DNA of 64,000 bases from Octopus bimaculoides (taxonomy: Eukaryota): NCBI RefSeq assembly GCF_001194135.2, contig NC_068997.1, positions 51,397,297 through 51,461,296 of the forward strand. The letters are read 5' to 3'. The first letter of the stretch is position 1. Every line of letters begins with the position of its first letter. Made by a program: the position numbers and the translations under genes. The notes under the pieces were generated by a model that saw only the letters and a program-made list of their open reading frames with translations, was not told the origin of the DNA and made no database searches. Positions 39,235 to 51,420 of this stretch are shown piece by piece.

Positions 39235-39519
39235 CGAAAGGAAAAAATGTAGGAAAAGAAACTAGCGCACCCACCACCCCTGGAAAAATGTCAATTGAAG
39301 AAAAATGAAAAATAAATTAAGAATAAACGTGAAAACAATGGCATCGGTGTTGATGTTTCTGTTGGCATCAATCACATCAGGATTTACCGAAATTACTTAC
39401 CACTTATCTATTTATCAATTCTCAAGTTAGACCAGTCCAGTATATCTTTAATCTTGAGAAATATACACACCCATATGCATACATGCATGCATACATACAT
39501 GCATACAAATATATCGTAG

Positions 39520-39897
39520 TAGTCTGTCGGTTATGACGACGCGGGTTCCAGTTGATTCGATCAACGGAACAGCCTGCTCGTGAAATTAACGTGCAAGTGG
39601 CTGAGCGCTCCACAGACACGTGTACTTTTAACGTAGTTCTCCGGGAGTTTCAGCGTGACACAGAGTGTGACAAGGTTGACCCCTTTGAAATACAGGTACA
39701 ACAGAAGCAGAAGGAAAGAGTGAGAGAAAGTTGTGGTGAAAGAGTACAGCAGGGTTCGCAACCACTCCTTACCGGAGCCTTTAGGTGGGGCTTTAGGTGT
39801 TTTCGCCCAATAAAAACTCAGAACGCTCGGTTTGGGAAGCGAAACAGCGATCATACGACCGCCAATCCGCTGCCCTGACCACTGGGCCATTGCGCCT

Positions 39898-39899
<2 letters not shown>
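39520..39899 (-). mobile_element. SINE family C, long copy
   Basis: Head as at 1575-1608; the 3' part (GTCGGTTATGACGACGCGGGTTCCAGTTGAT...GAAATACAGGTAC on +) is shared with 58510-58690. Confidence 0.85.
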
Positions 39900-39932
<33 letters not shown>

Positions 39933-40314
39933 TATAAAGTAACACTTTATTTATTGACCAAAAGAAACACGGGAAAAAAACGGTATAGTTGACCTCAGCG
40001 TAATTTGAACTCAGAGCGCAGAAATCCAGATTAAAATACTCCGACACTTTTCCAATTCGCTCTTACATATATTAGACATTTCACGGTTGTGTTGCATTTA
40101 CGAATTTGAGTGAATTTGTATTTATGTGCGCGTGTGTATGTATGTTTGTGTCAGAGACTACGAACGAGAGATAAAGAATGACTCTCTTGATGTATATGGT
40201 TGAAATATTTTTCGTTCAGACAAGAAGAAATTCTAATTTTCTGCCATTTATTTTTTTATACACTTCTTATTACAGTCATCCTATTAAATACATACGTATC
40301 TACATACATAAATT

Positions 40315-40362
<48 letters not shown>

Positions 40363-40925
40363 TTCCATAATAGCCCCTAATAGATGTTACCTAAAATACA
40401 GAGTGCATAAAAACAAATAGTTAAGTGCATACATACACACTTTATTTTTATTACTCGTTACACTTTGCATTACATGTCATTTTATGGTATGTTATTAACA
40501 TTATGCCTTCGTTCATATTTCTTCGTTCGTTTTTCTGTGTGTTAACCTCATAATTATTTGCAGTTAACCTTCAACTACACCCTGCATTAAATATGATGTT
40601 TATTATATGCACTTAACTCGATTGACACAGTAGAAGCTGCATATTAACTAATGTTAGAAAGAGATAATTTACTATGCATGAAGTAAAATCAAATTATAAC
40701 CCATAATTCAAAATCACGCCGAGACGAGAATCTCGTCAAGTGTGAAATTTATTTGATTTATTTGTTAGAGACACTGAACTAAATGGATAAAAAGGATTTT
40801 TAAAGAAAATAATATTTGACGAAGAAAAATTATGTTGATTCACACATACATACATAGACATACATACGCACACACATACTTACAAACACACATATACACA
40901 CGCATAATGCCTAAATATATATTTA

Positions 40926-40961
<36 letters not shown>

Positions 40962-41966
40962 TAAATAGATAGATACATATATCGATATATATATGTGCAT
41001 CTACATGTATGTATACTAATGTATACATATAATGCATATAGTATATATAGTCATCCATACGTGCATCCATACATATATAAATGCACATACACATACACAT
41101 ACATATATGTATGTGCGTATGTATGTATAAATACACATACACACACGTATATATGTATGTATGCATACATATACGCATACACAAAAAAATGTGAGAAGCG
41201 ATATCGAAAAACAACCATTGGTGTTAGTGGGATTCCGTAATCTCTACGTAGCTTTTCAGAGAATATAATTAGCTGATTTAATTAGCAGACATAATTAGCT
41301 GTTCTGTGAGACAGACAGTTATTCGGTAAATATGTCTGTCTGTTAGTCAGAATGTTATAAGATGTGTGTCGAATGTTAGAAAGGTGTCAAAAAGTTCCTT
41401 AAGTACAAGTACTGTGTTTGAAGAATAATTTAACGTTTCGGGAACGAGATATTCGTCAAACAGAAGGACAAAAATCGTGCATATGTATATGTATTTCAAA
41501 AGACGGAGAGAGAGAAGGTGAGAGATAGAGTGAGTGAAAGCAACAGGTGTCAGTGTATTTAAGTCCCTGTAACCTAGTGGTTCGCCATAAGAGACCGATA
41601 GAGTAAGCATTTGTTTTTGAAAAAAAAATTACTGGAATCGATTTGATTCACCTAATCTCTTCAAAGCGGTTCCCCAGCATGGATGCAGTTTAATGACAAA
41701 AAGAGGTAGAAGATCTCTCTCTCACACACACACACACGTATTTATCCATATGTATATATCACAGTTTGCTCAAAAAGTGTTTTGTTCAAGAATACAACGC
41801 ACCGCTCGGTCTGGGAATCAAATCCACAATCTTGCAATCGTAAACACTAACCATTATGTACGCACCTATACGTACATACATACATATATATGTACATACG
41901 CATACATACATATATATATATATACATACATATATATACAATATATATATATATATATATATGTAC

Positions 41967-41999
<33 letters not shown>

Positions 42000-42183
42000 C
42001 ATATATATATATACATATAGATACATGCATATATATATATATATGCACATATACAGACATGCATATATATATATATATATATCTATATATATGTACATAT
42101 AGATACATGCATATATATATATGTACATATACAGACGTGGATATATATATACATACATGCATGTATGTATGTATGTATGCATA

Positions 42184-43595
42184 CAGGGTGTGTAGGCTAT
42201 TTGAGAACATGACACATTTTTGAGTTATTACTGTTTTTAAATTAACTTTATGTGATTTATGTTTCAGAAAATAACAACACTAGCAGACACTCAGATTACT
42301 GAAGAAATGAAGAGGCACGTCACAAGAGTGGTGGCATTAAAGTCTGAGCTCAGCGATTCAGAGATAACTCAATTTCTGGAAGTCACCAGATCCTTCGTCT
42401 GCCAAAGTCGCAAGAAATTAGGAGCCTCAGATGGAAAAGGTACCACCCGTATCGAAATGCAAAAAGCATTCCCAACGCTCCGATACCATTATAACGCCCG
42501 AATTTATTCAACTAGTTCAGCAGGTTATTGACGGAAATCCTAGAAAATTCATGAGGTAAGATGCAAAAGATCTCCATGTGTGAGAAAGGATTATCCAAAA
42601 TGTTGTTCATGAAGACATCCGGTACAAGTCTTACATGATGGAGAACGGTCAAGTCAGGTAAAAAAAAAAAATAAATAAATAAAATAAAGATTTAAGGGAA
42701 AATTATTTGATCAGATCTATAAGACTATTAAAGTTAAACATCTAGAAGAATATGATCGATTTGGTCATTTTTAGATGAGAAAAAATTTGACCAGGACCAG
42801 AAGATTAACAGAAAAAATGAAAGCCAGATGGTGGTGTTCAATCCCTTCTGAAGTTCGGACGGTCACGCACATAACATTTTCTACAACTGTTACAGATTTT
42901 GGAATTGTCAGTTATGATGGACATGTGATGCCTCCTCACTTCTTTCCACAAGGTCTTAGAATTAACACTGCTGGCTACATTGAGGTCCCAGAAACATTTG
43001 TCAAGGTGGCGAGCTGGCAGAAACGTTAGCACGTCGGGCGAAATGCTTAGTGGTATTTCGTCTGCCGCTACGTTCTGAGTTCAAATTCCGCCGGGTCAAC
43101 TTTGCCTTTCGTCCTTTCAAAGTCGATAAATTAAGTACCAGTTACACACTGAGGTCGATGTAATCGACTTAATCCCTTTATCTGTCCTTGTTTGTCCCTT
43201 CTATGTTTAGTCCCTTGTGGGCAATAAAGAAATAAGAAACATTTGTCAAGCCCTGAATACACAGAATACGCAATGGAAGGCCTTACGTGTTTCATCAGGA
43301 CTCTGCGTCATCATATAAGGCTTAAGCAACCCAAGAATGGATGGATGATCATTTTCATGACCACACAACCTCAAACATTTGACCTCCAAACTCAACAGGC
43401 TTCAATCCATTGGACTACTATGTGTGAAGAGCTGTCGAAAGAGAGGTCAAACAAAATTCCCATAATACTAAAGACTCTTTGAAAGCCACCATAGAGCAAT
43501 GTCTAATACGAACCAGGACCATTTAATTAGGACATGTTGACGATTCAAATCTTGAATAGAAGCAGTTATTGATGCTGAAGGTAGCGGCATTGTAC
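42184..43595 (+). mobile_element. Decayed DD37D (maT-type) Tc1/mariner transposon
   Basis: Left end TA|CAGGGTG. Translation gives MKRHVTRVVALK...TPEFIQLVQQVIDGNP...HEDIRYKSY...FLDEKKFDQDQKIN...GHVMPPHFFPQGLRIN...YVFHQDSA-(37 aa counted)-DYYV...EAVIDAEG. Several stops and frameshifts; right TIR not seen. Confidence 0.9.
43006..43234 (+). mobile_element. SINE family A (long tail) inserted in the maT transposase
   Basis: 16-bp TSD AGAAACATTTGTCAAG at 42990-43005 and 43235-43250; the transposase frame resumes across it (ETFVKP). Confidence 0.95.
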
Positions 43596-44376
43596 AAGAT
43601 AACAAAGAAGATAATCTGGTCTACATGTACAATTTTCTTCTGTTATGTCCTTACGCCTCCGATATCGTAGTACGGTTGATATTGTCGACGATAGATAATG
43701 AACACACTGTAACAGTGTTATAATAACACAAAATAGAAACAGCAGTAGTGACAAATACGTAACGAACCAGCAATCTTTTACAAACCAACAATCAATATTT
43801 CCAGTACACTAACTCGAGCTGTGAACTGTACCTGGACTTCGAAGACCAAACTACGAACTGCCGATTACGTCAGACCGCTACAATTTATATGTAGTGGTCC
43901 CGTCTTTTCTCGTCAGAGGGCGCTGTACTCTCATCACGATATCTTCATTAATAAAGTTGTTTTCTGTCATTGTATGTATGTTTTTATTAAAAATTATATT
44001 TGCCCTCTAATATCTTATGCAACTTGTAGATAGATAGGTAGATAGATAGGTAGATAGATAGGCAGATAGACAGACAGACAGAGAACAGACGTACAGATAA
44101 GATATAGATATATAAATAGGGGAAATAATTTGTGGTGAGGAGACAATTCCTTCACAAAAATGGTTAGAACCTGAAGGAGATAAAATGGTTACATCGTTCC
44201 ATGGAATCCGTGTCTGTTATCTACTTGAAACTTTTGTCACTCCAACGTTTTAAGCCTACAGACATTGAAGGGCGACTGATCCCAGATGCAAACTCTTTTA
44301 GTTGAAGCATTTAAAAGAAGGAAAACAGAAAAAGGACGCCTGGCCCCACCTTGTAACATTAAACCTTTATTTAAAC

Positions 44377-44394
44377 TGATGTCATATATAAAAG
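44377..44394 (+). promoter_or_regulatory. Possible CRE-like site abutting a TATA box
   Basis: TGATGTCA immediately followed by TATATAAAAG in unique sequence; motif match only. Confidence 0.2.
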
Positions 44395-44459
44395 CATTTA
44401 GTCCTCTTTTGCTTCCTTCAAAAGAATATCTGTTTCCCGGTTCCCGCTGCTTTTCTAAG

Positions 44460-44584
44460 TTAAAACAGTCGATTGCAATCAACATCATGTTTTCACGCTG
44501 GATCCTAATGTGTTTCCGATATCATTAACTGTCGTCGAGCTTCCCATCATTTCACTTGATGACACACAGAAGGAAATACGTCTT
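44460..44584 (+). CDS. Candidate coding exon (KTVDCNQHHVFTLDPNVFPISLTVVELPIISLDDTQKEIRL)
   Basis: Acceptor tctgtttcccggttcccgctgcttttctaag|; the frame opens right after an upstream stop; donor |gtatgt; phase 1 to 0. Confidence 0.33.
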
Positions 44585-44689
44585 GTATGTCGTCGTCTTC
44601 ATAAGTACCCCGTGTCAATATCCTGTCGGCGGCGTTCTTTTAGCATGAAAATGAAAGGGATGGGAAAGTTATATATATATATATATATA

Positions 44690-44710
44690 TATAAATATAA
44701 AATGTTATGT

Positions 44711-44744
<34 letters not shown>

Positions 44745-44756
44745 AAATGTTATGTC

Positions 44757-44789
<33 letters not shown>

Positions 44790-45399
44790 AAATGTTATGT
44801 TATATATATAAATATATATATANNNNNNNNNNNNNNNNNNNNNNNNNNNNNNNNNNNNNNNNNNNNNNNNNNNNNNNNNNNNNNNNNNNNNNNNNNNNNN
44901 NNNNNNNNNNNNNNNNNNNNNNNNNNNNNNNNNNNNNNNNNNNNNNNNNNNNNNNNNNNNNNNNNNNNNNNNNNNNNNNNNNNNNNNNNNNNNNNNNNNN
45001 NNNNNNNNNNNNNNNNNNNNNNNNNNNNNNNNNNNNNNNNNNNNNNNNNNNNNNNNNNNNNNNNNNNNNNNNNNNNNNNNNNNNNNNNNNNNNNNNNNNN
45101 NNNNNNNNNNNNNNNNNNNNNNNNNNNNNNNNNNNNNNNNNNNNNNNNNNNNNNNNNNNNNNNNNNNNNNNNNNNNNNNNNNNNNNNNNNNNNNNNNNNN
45201 NNNNNNNNNNNNNNNNNNNNNNNNNNNNNNNNNNNNNNNNNNNNNNNNNNTATATATAAATATATATATATATAAAATGTTATGTTATATATATATAAAT
45301 ATATATATATATATAAAATGTTATGTTATATATATATAAATATATATATATATATAAAATGTTATGTTATATATATAAATATATATATAAAATGTTATG

Positions 45400-45440
<41 letters not shown>

Positions 45441-45470
45441 TATGTTATATATATAAATATATATATATGT
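44690..45470. repeat. AT-rich tandem repeat with anchor AAAATGTTATGTTATATATATAAAT, spanning a gap
   Basis: The anchor recurs at least 7 times on both sides of the N run. Confidence 0.9.
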
Positions 45471-45744
45471 TATATATATAAATATATAGATATATTTATA
45501 TATATATTGATATATAATGTTATGTTATATATATATGTATAAAATGTATATGTATATGGATATATATATATATTATATATAATATATAAACGTATATAGT
45601 AATATCTTTCTATATATACATATATGCAATATATATGTATACATTTGTGTGTGTGTGTATGTGTGTAGTTAGCTATGTGCAAAGAGATTCATGTTATTCG
45701 TCAATTTTATTAGAAAATAAAAGACCGTTTAGTGTCGAAATTAT

Positions 45745-46102
45745 TAGACTGTGGCCATGCTGGGGCATCGTCTTGAAGAAGTCTTAGTCGAATGAAGCGA
45801 CCCCAATACATATCTTTTTATTTTAAAGCCTGGTAGTTATTCTATCGGTCTCTTTTGCCGAACTACACCAACAATGGTTGTCAAGAAGCGATGGTGGGAA
45901 ACAAACGCGCGCGTACACGCACACATATATAAGACGGGCTTCTTTCAGTTTCCATCCACTAAATCCACTCACAAGGTTTTGGTTGACCCAATGCTATAGT
46001 AGATGACAAATGACACTTGCCCAAGGTGACACGCAGTGAGACCGAACCTGGAACCATATGGCTGGAAAGCAGACTTCTTACCACACAACCACGCCTGCGC
46101 CC
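45745..46102 (-). mobile_element. SINE family B, full-length
   Basis: Reverse complement of head (ending ...CCACGCCTGCGCC on +) and tail. Confidence 0.85.
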
Positions 46103-46469
46103 TGGTAGCCAAATAACAGACCAATATATCAATTTTTGTGTAATTTTAAATAGCAAAATAACAAACCTGAAATAATATAACTGTTTTTATGTATTCCTAA
46201 ATAGCAAAATAACAGAATGCAATAAATTTTAACTGTTTTGTGTTTTCATAAACAGCAACAATGACTCTTTTAATTGTTACAATGTTGGTAGAATATTTTA
46301 TTTATTGGTTATGGGTAAAAACGAAAGAAAGACAAAACAGATCCAGAGAAAATGGTCGTGTTAGGCGTTAGCAAATTGTTTGGTTAGTGAAGTCTGTTGG
46401 TTTAGATTTGTTCATTTGTTAATTTAGATGTGTTATAGAAGAGAAGAGGGGTTTAGTGTTTGGGGGATT

Positions 46470-47172
46470 TCTGTTGGTCTGTGAGAGGGGAGAAGGGAGA
46501 GAGAGAGAGGGTGAAAGAGGGAGATAGGAGAGAAGAGGATAGAAATAGAAGAGGAAAAAGAGAGGGAGAGACGGATAAAGTGAGAAAGAACGGGAGTGAG
46601 GGAGAGAGGGAGAGAAAGGGAGAAAAGAAAGAGAGAGCGAGAGGGTGAGTCCTAGAGAAAGAGAGAGGATGAAAGGGTGAGAGAGTGATAGGAGAGAAAA
46701 AGAGAATAGAAATAGAAGAGGAAAGAGAGAGAGAGAGAGAGAGTGGGAGAGGGAGGAAGGGAAAGAGAGCGCGTGCTGAAGAGAGAGACGGATAAAGTGA
46801 GAAAGAAAGAGAGTGAGGGAGACAAAGTGAGAGAGTGAGTCCTAGAGGAAGAGAGAGGGTGAGAGAGAAAGAGAGAGGGAGAAAGGGAGAGTGACAGGCT
46901 GGGAAAGAAAGAGAAAGAGGGAGAGAAAGAGAAAGAAAGAAAGAATGAGAGAGAGAGAGACAGACAGGTAGAGAGGAAGAGAAAAAGAAAGTGTGTGTGA
47001 GAGAGAGAGAGAGAGAGGAAGAGAAAAAGAAAGTGTGTGTGTGAGAGAGAGAGAGGAAGAGAAAAAGAAAGTGTGTGTGTGAGAGAGAGAGAGGAAGAGA
47101 AAAAGAAAGTGTGTGTGTGAGAGAGAGAGAGAGGAAGAGAAAAAGAAAGTGTGTGTGTGAGAGAGAGAGAGG
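46470..47172. repeat. Polypurine tract ending in 5 copies of a 35-40 bp unit GAGGAAGAGAAAAAGAAA(GT)n(GA)n
   Basis: Units visible at 46973-47172. Confidence 0.9.
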
Positions 47173-47747
47173 TGGGTATGTTTTCTTCTCAGATGAAAAT
47201 ATCCTCTCGAATCGTCAGATTCCTCAGTATTTCCCAAGGTGTTCAAATTTATCCAGATCCACAGACGCAAGCAGAAATTTACAGAATTGTTTAAAAAATA
47301 AACGACTTAGTAAGAGACCATCCACACGAATGATCGTGTTTAAGTTAGCGTTAACTTATTAAATGAAGGGAGCGTTAATAAGTTAACTAAAATAAATAAA
47401 TACTAAACGGGTTAATGGTGATGTGTTTCCGTTTTTGTCAGAAGATTTTATATAATATTATTCAACGGCTAACATTGTTTTCCCCTGACGCATAATTATT
47501 TCTAGTTAACATTTACGCTAAGTAAATTAACCCAGTTCAACTCTTGTTTCTAATTATCTTCTTTTATTAAATATTATTTACCCTCTGCCAGTCCAAGGCA
47601 TTTTCATAAGTTTGTTTTGAACGTCTCTGTTTCTTTTTAGACTTTTGGTTAGTCGTTGATTCAGGACGTTCTGAGAAATATAAAATGATCCTTTCATAAG
47701 TCCGAAGTTACTCTGGTGGTTGACAAACAATATCGAGTTTGTCAGAA

Positions 47748-47955
47748 GGCGGCGAGCTGGCAGAACCGTTGGCATGTCGGGCGAAATGCTTAGCGGTATT
47801 TCGTCTCTCTTTATGTTGTGAGTTCAAATTCCACCAAGGTTGACTTTGCCTTTTATCCTTTCAGAGTCGATAAATTAAGTACCAGTTGCGTACCGGGGTT
47901 GATCTAATCGACTGCACTCCTCCCCAAATCTTTCGGGCCTTGTGCCTAGAGTAGG
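47748..47955 (+). mobile_element. SINE family A
   Basis: Near-consensus copy. Confidence 0.9.
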
Positions 47956-48269
47956 TATTCAGGATGCAAGATGAGCAGTTACGGAGTTGAAGGGTTTGTC
48001 TGTCCTGGATCCGACAGGTTGCCTGTGAGTGACCTCTTCTGCAGGCAATTTTGTGACATGATAATTACCCATAACTGGGACACTGCAGATGTTACCTTTG
48101 CAAGCCAGAGTAAACGAAGAAATAAATATGGCTCACAGCTGTTTCCACACCAATCAAAACCCTAGAACTCCTAAATCAGGGCCCCGCTACCAAATGCTGT
48201 TCAATGTCACACTCAACACGAACCTGTATTAATTATATTACTACAAACAGTTGCATTTAGTTATCTTCC

Positions 48270-48398
48270 ATCTCACAAGGCTTTGGTCGGCCCGAGGCTA
48301 TAGTAGAAGACACTTGCCCAAAGTGCCATGCAGTGGGCTGAACCCGGAACCATGTGGTTGCTAAGCAAGGTACTTACCACACAACCATTCCTGCACCT
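48270..48398 (-). mobile_element. SINE family B head
   Basis: Reverse complement of the family B head. Confidence 0.85.
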
Positions 48399-48495
48399 AA
48401 TGTTTACATTCTTTTAAAAATGTGCGACAAGCAATCAGTGGTGTCAAAATATTCGTAAAAGAAAATTCGTTCTATTTTAAGTTGACGACATTTAG

Positions 48496-48627
48496 GTTGA
48501 CAATGATGAAACTGAGATGGGAGACAATGTAATCGAATCTGAAGGTAACGAAACCGAGGCTGATGAGGATGAATTTGAAGTTAACGTCAACGAAGTTGAG
48601 GTTGATAAACGACAAATTTTGGTTGGG
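48496..48627 (+). CDS. Candidate acidic coding exon (VDNDETEMGDNVIESEGNETEADEDEFEVNVNEVEVDKRQILVG)
   Basis: Strong GAN-codon periodicity, acceptor catttag|, donor GGG|gtagga (an alternative AG|gtaacg lies near 48544); phase 0 to 0. Confidence 0.4.
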
Positions 48628-48904
48628 GTAGGATTTCTGTAAATTGAACGACAAATAATTACTGTTTAAAACTCCACGTGTTGCCCTGTATATTCAAAGT
48701 GAAACTGTATAAAAACTCGGATTATAGACCGAGTCTCATTTAGTCGGCCACTACAGTCGGATTATGTCGTATAGTACATAGAGAATGCAGAAGGCAAATA
48801 CGGCCAACAAAAAAAAAAAAAAAGGAACATGCCTTAAAATAAATGTTCACAAAATAACAACCTCTATTTTGCTTTCCACACACACACACACACACACACA
48901 CGTA

Positions 48905-48951
<47 letters not shown>

Positions 48952-49523
48952 NNNNNNNNNNNNNNNNNNNNNNNNNNNNNNNNNNNNNNNNNNNNNNNNN
49001 NNNNNNNNNNNNNNNNNNNNNNNNNNNNNNNNNNNNNNNNNNNNNNNNNNNNNNNNNNNNNNNNNNNNNNNNNNNNNNNNNNNNNNNNNNNNNNNNNNNN
49101 NNNNNNNNNNNNNNNNNNNNNNNNNNNNNNNNNNNNNNNNNNNNNNNNNNNNNNNNNNNNNNNNNNNNNNNNNNNNNNNNNNNNNNNNNNNNNNNNNNNN
49201 NNNNNNNNNNNNNNNNNNNNNNNNNNNNNNNNNNNNNNNNNNNNNNNNNNNNNNNNNNNNNNNNNNNNNNNNNNNNNNNNNNNNNNNNNNNNNNNNNNNN
49301 NNNNNNNNNNNNNNNNNNNNNNNNNNNNNNNNNNNNNNNNNNNNNNNNNNNNNNNNNNNNNNNNNNNNNNNNNNNNNNNNNNNNNNNNNNNNNNNNNNNN
49401 NNNNNNNNNNNNNNNNNNNNNNNNNNNNNNNNNNNNNNNNNNNNNNNNNNNNNNNNNNNNNNNNNNNNNNNNNNNNNNNNNNNNNNNNNNNNNNNNNNNN
49501 NNNNNNNNNNNNNNNNNNNNNNN

Positions 49524-49554
<31 letters not shown>

Positions 49555-49672
49555 CATACATATATATACATATTTGTGTATGTGTGTGTGTGTGTATGTG
49601 AAATTCAAGAACTTCGCAGCAATGGCCTTGATTCGATTCATTCCATAACCGCATTAACCTCTTTCCACCCAG

Positions 49673-49774
49673 TTCTTTACGGATCTGAGAATTAAAACAA
49701 GCGAGAAACAATCAGCAGAGCATGAAGATTGTGTTGTAATTGAAGAACAAAATATAGAGTTTAAGCGAATTTAA
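49673..49774 (+). CDS. Candidate terminal coding exon (FFTDLRIKTSEKQSAEHEDCVVIEEQNIEFKRI*)
   Basis: Branch-like attaac, then ctctttccacccag| and 33 open codons to TAA; phase 0. No AATAAA seen just downstream. Confidence 0.35.
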   Translation, partial: FFTDLRIKTSEKQSAEHEDCVVIEEQNIEFKRI

Positions 49775-49789
49775 TACTGCTGTCGTAAA

Positions 49790-50290
49790 TACGGGTTTCC
49801 AATTTTGGCACCAGGCTAGTTAGTTGTGGAGCTGGGGTTAAGTCGATTACATCGATCGAAATACTTAACTGGTACTTATTTTATTGATCCCGAATGACGA
49901 AAGGCAAAGTCGATCTCGGCAGAATTTGGAACTCAGAACGTAAAGACGGATGAAATGCTGCCAAGCATTTTGTCCGGCGTGCTAACGATTCTGCCAATTC
50001 ACCAGCTTCAACAACAACAATAATAATAATGGTTTCAAATTTTGGCGCAAGGCGGGCGTGCTAAAGATTCTGCAAGCTCGTCACCTCGTTTTTCAAATTT
50101 TGGCACAAGGCCAGCAATTTCGGTGGAAGGAGATAAGCCGATTACATTGAACCCAGTGTTCAACTGGTCCTTATTTTATCGGCCCCGAAAGGATGAAAAG
50201 CAAAGACGACCTCGGCGGAATTTGAACGCAGAACGTAAAGACGAAATGTCGCTAAGCATTTCGCCCGGCGTCGTCACGATTCTGCCGGCT
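49790..50290 (-). mobile_element. Two family A SINEs in tandem, minus strand
   Basis: Reverse-complement cores at about 49790-50005 and 50075-50290. Confidence 0.85.
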
Positions 50291-50597
50291 CGATGCCTTA
50301 TAATTATCTTGAATAATAATTATTAATAATTGTTGGGAATATTTTTTTTATGTGGAATGGGTTCTGAATTCCTGAATGCAGAAGCAGGAAGGAAGGAACA
50401 TTATTTATATTTAATTTGGTGTAAACTCTGTGGCGTGGAACATTGTCACGGCATGGGGTGAATTGGTGGAAAAGAGGAAGACAAATGCTGTTAAGTAGTT
50501 TCATTAGATTACGTCACTGATTATAAAATTCATGTTGTAAATTGAATTCATGTTGATCCCCAAATTGTGGGATATATATAACTAGTACATCACCGAC

Positions 50598-50910
50598 TGG
50601 GTGAAGGCGCATGGCTCAGTGGTTACAGTTCCGGGTTCATAATCATGAGGTTCCGAGTTCGATTTCCGGAGCGGGTTGCGTGTTGTGTTCTTGAGCAAGA
50701 CACTTTATATTTCACGTTGCTCCAGTTCACTCAGCTGTAGAAATCAGTTGTGATGTCACTGGCGTGAACAGAGGAGGCTGGTATGCATAGGCGACTGCTG
50801 GTCTTCCATAAGCAAACTTGCCCGGACTTGCACATCGGAGGGCAACTTTCTAGGTACAATCCCATGGTCATTCTCTACCTTTTTTCTAATTATATCACTG
50901 ACTGCAGTGG
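50598..50910 (+). mobile_element. SINE family D
   Basis: GGTGAAGGCGCATGGCTCAGTGGTTA (A box), GAGTTCGATTTCC (B box), GTTCTTGAGCAAGACACTT. Confidence 0.85.
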
Positions 50911-50912
50911 GA

Positions 50913-51208
50913 TACATGCATACATACATACATACAGTTTTAGTTCATCCGTCGTTGTCGACGATGACACATGGGACAAAAAGACGGGTCATGGGGTGTC
51001 GAGTTGTGGCCAATCAGTCCGCTGCATGTTTGGAAGGCCTTACTGCAGACCGGGCACTAGTGGTCTGTTGGGACTAAGGTCAGGGTCTTGGCTCGGGACC
51101 TGCATAGTTTGCTTTTTTTGTGCCCTTGTTATCCTGTTCTTTTCATCAGAGGTGGCACCTCCGTAGGTACACCTTCACCAGGCAGGACGTTCCTGTGTTT
51201 GCTTTTCC
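50913..51208 (-). mobile_element. RTE-clade LINE 3' end (5'-truncated) with (ATGT)n tail
   Basis: Minus strand reads AW.RCTYGGATSDEKNRITRAQKK...H*CPVCSKAFQTCSGLIGHNSTPH, the RTE C-terminal CxxC..GL..H finger, then a short 3'UTR and microsatellite tail. Confidence 0.8.
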
Positions 51209-51420
51209 CATACATACATACATATATACATACATGATGGTCGTCCACTCGTGATGGAGGAAGACCATTGCTGACCTTCAGGAACATTGTGCGCTCTAGG
51301 ACTAACTTATATTTTGCATTTGCGGCTCCGTTGGTGGCTAATGAACCCTGCTCTTAACAAGCATACACGACTGCAAACATTGAAAAACCAATTCTTTCCA
51401 CATTCACTACACCAGCAGTG
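51209..51420 (-). mobile_element. Second RTE-clade LINE 3' end (different subfamily) with (ATGT)n tail
   Basis: Minus strand reads NVCSRVCLLRAGFISHQRSRKCKI*, matching the RTE CxxCxRxCxSxxGLxSHxR motif. Confidence 0.8.

Noticed and set aside
42658-42774. Apparent GT-AG intron in the maT transposase
   Set aside because: The interval holds decayed conserved coding sequence (RENYLIRSIRLL...KHLEE), and its AG lies inside the FSDEK motif. It is coding plus an A-rich insertion.
48558-48570. CTGATGAG as a hammerhead ribozyme core
   Set aside because: No flanking stems or downstream GAAA in the right geometry; it lies within the acidic codon run.
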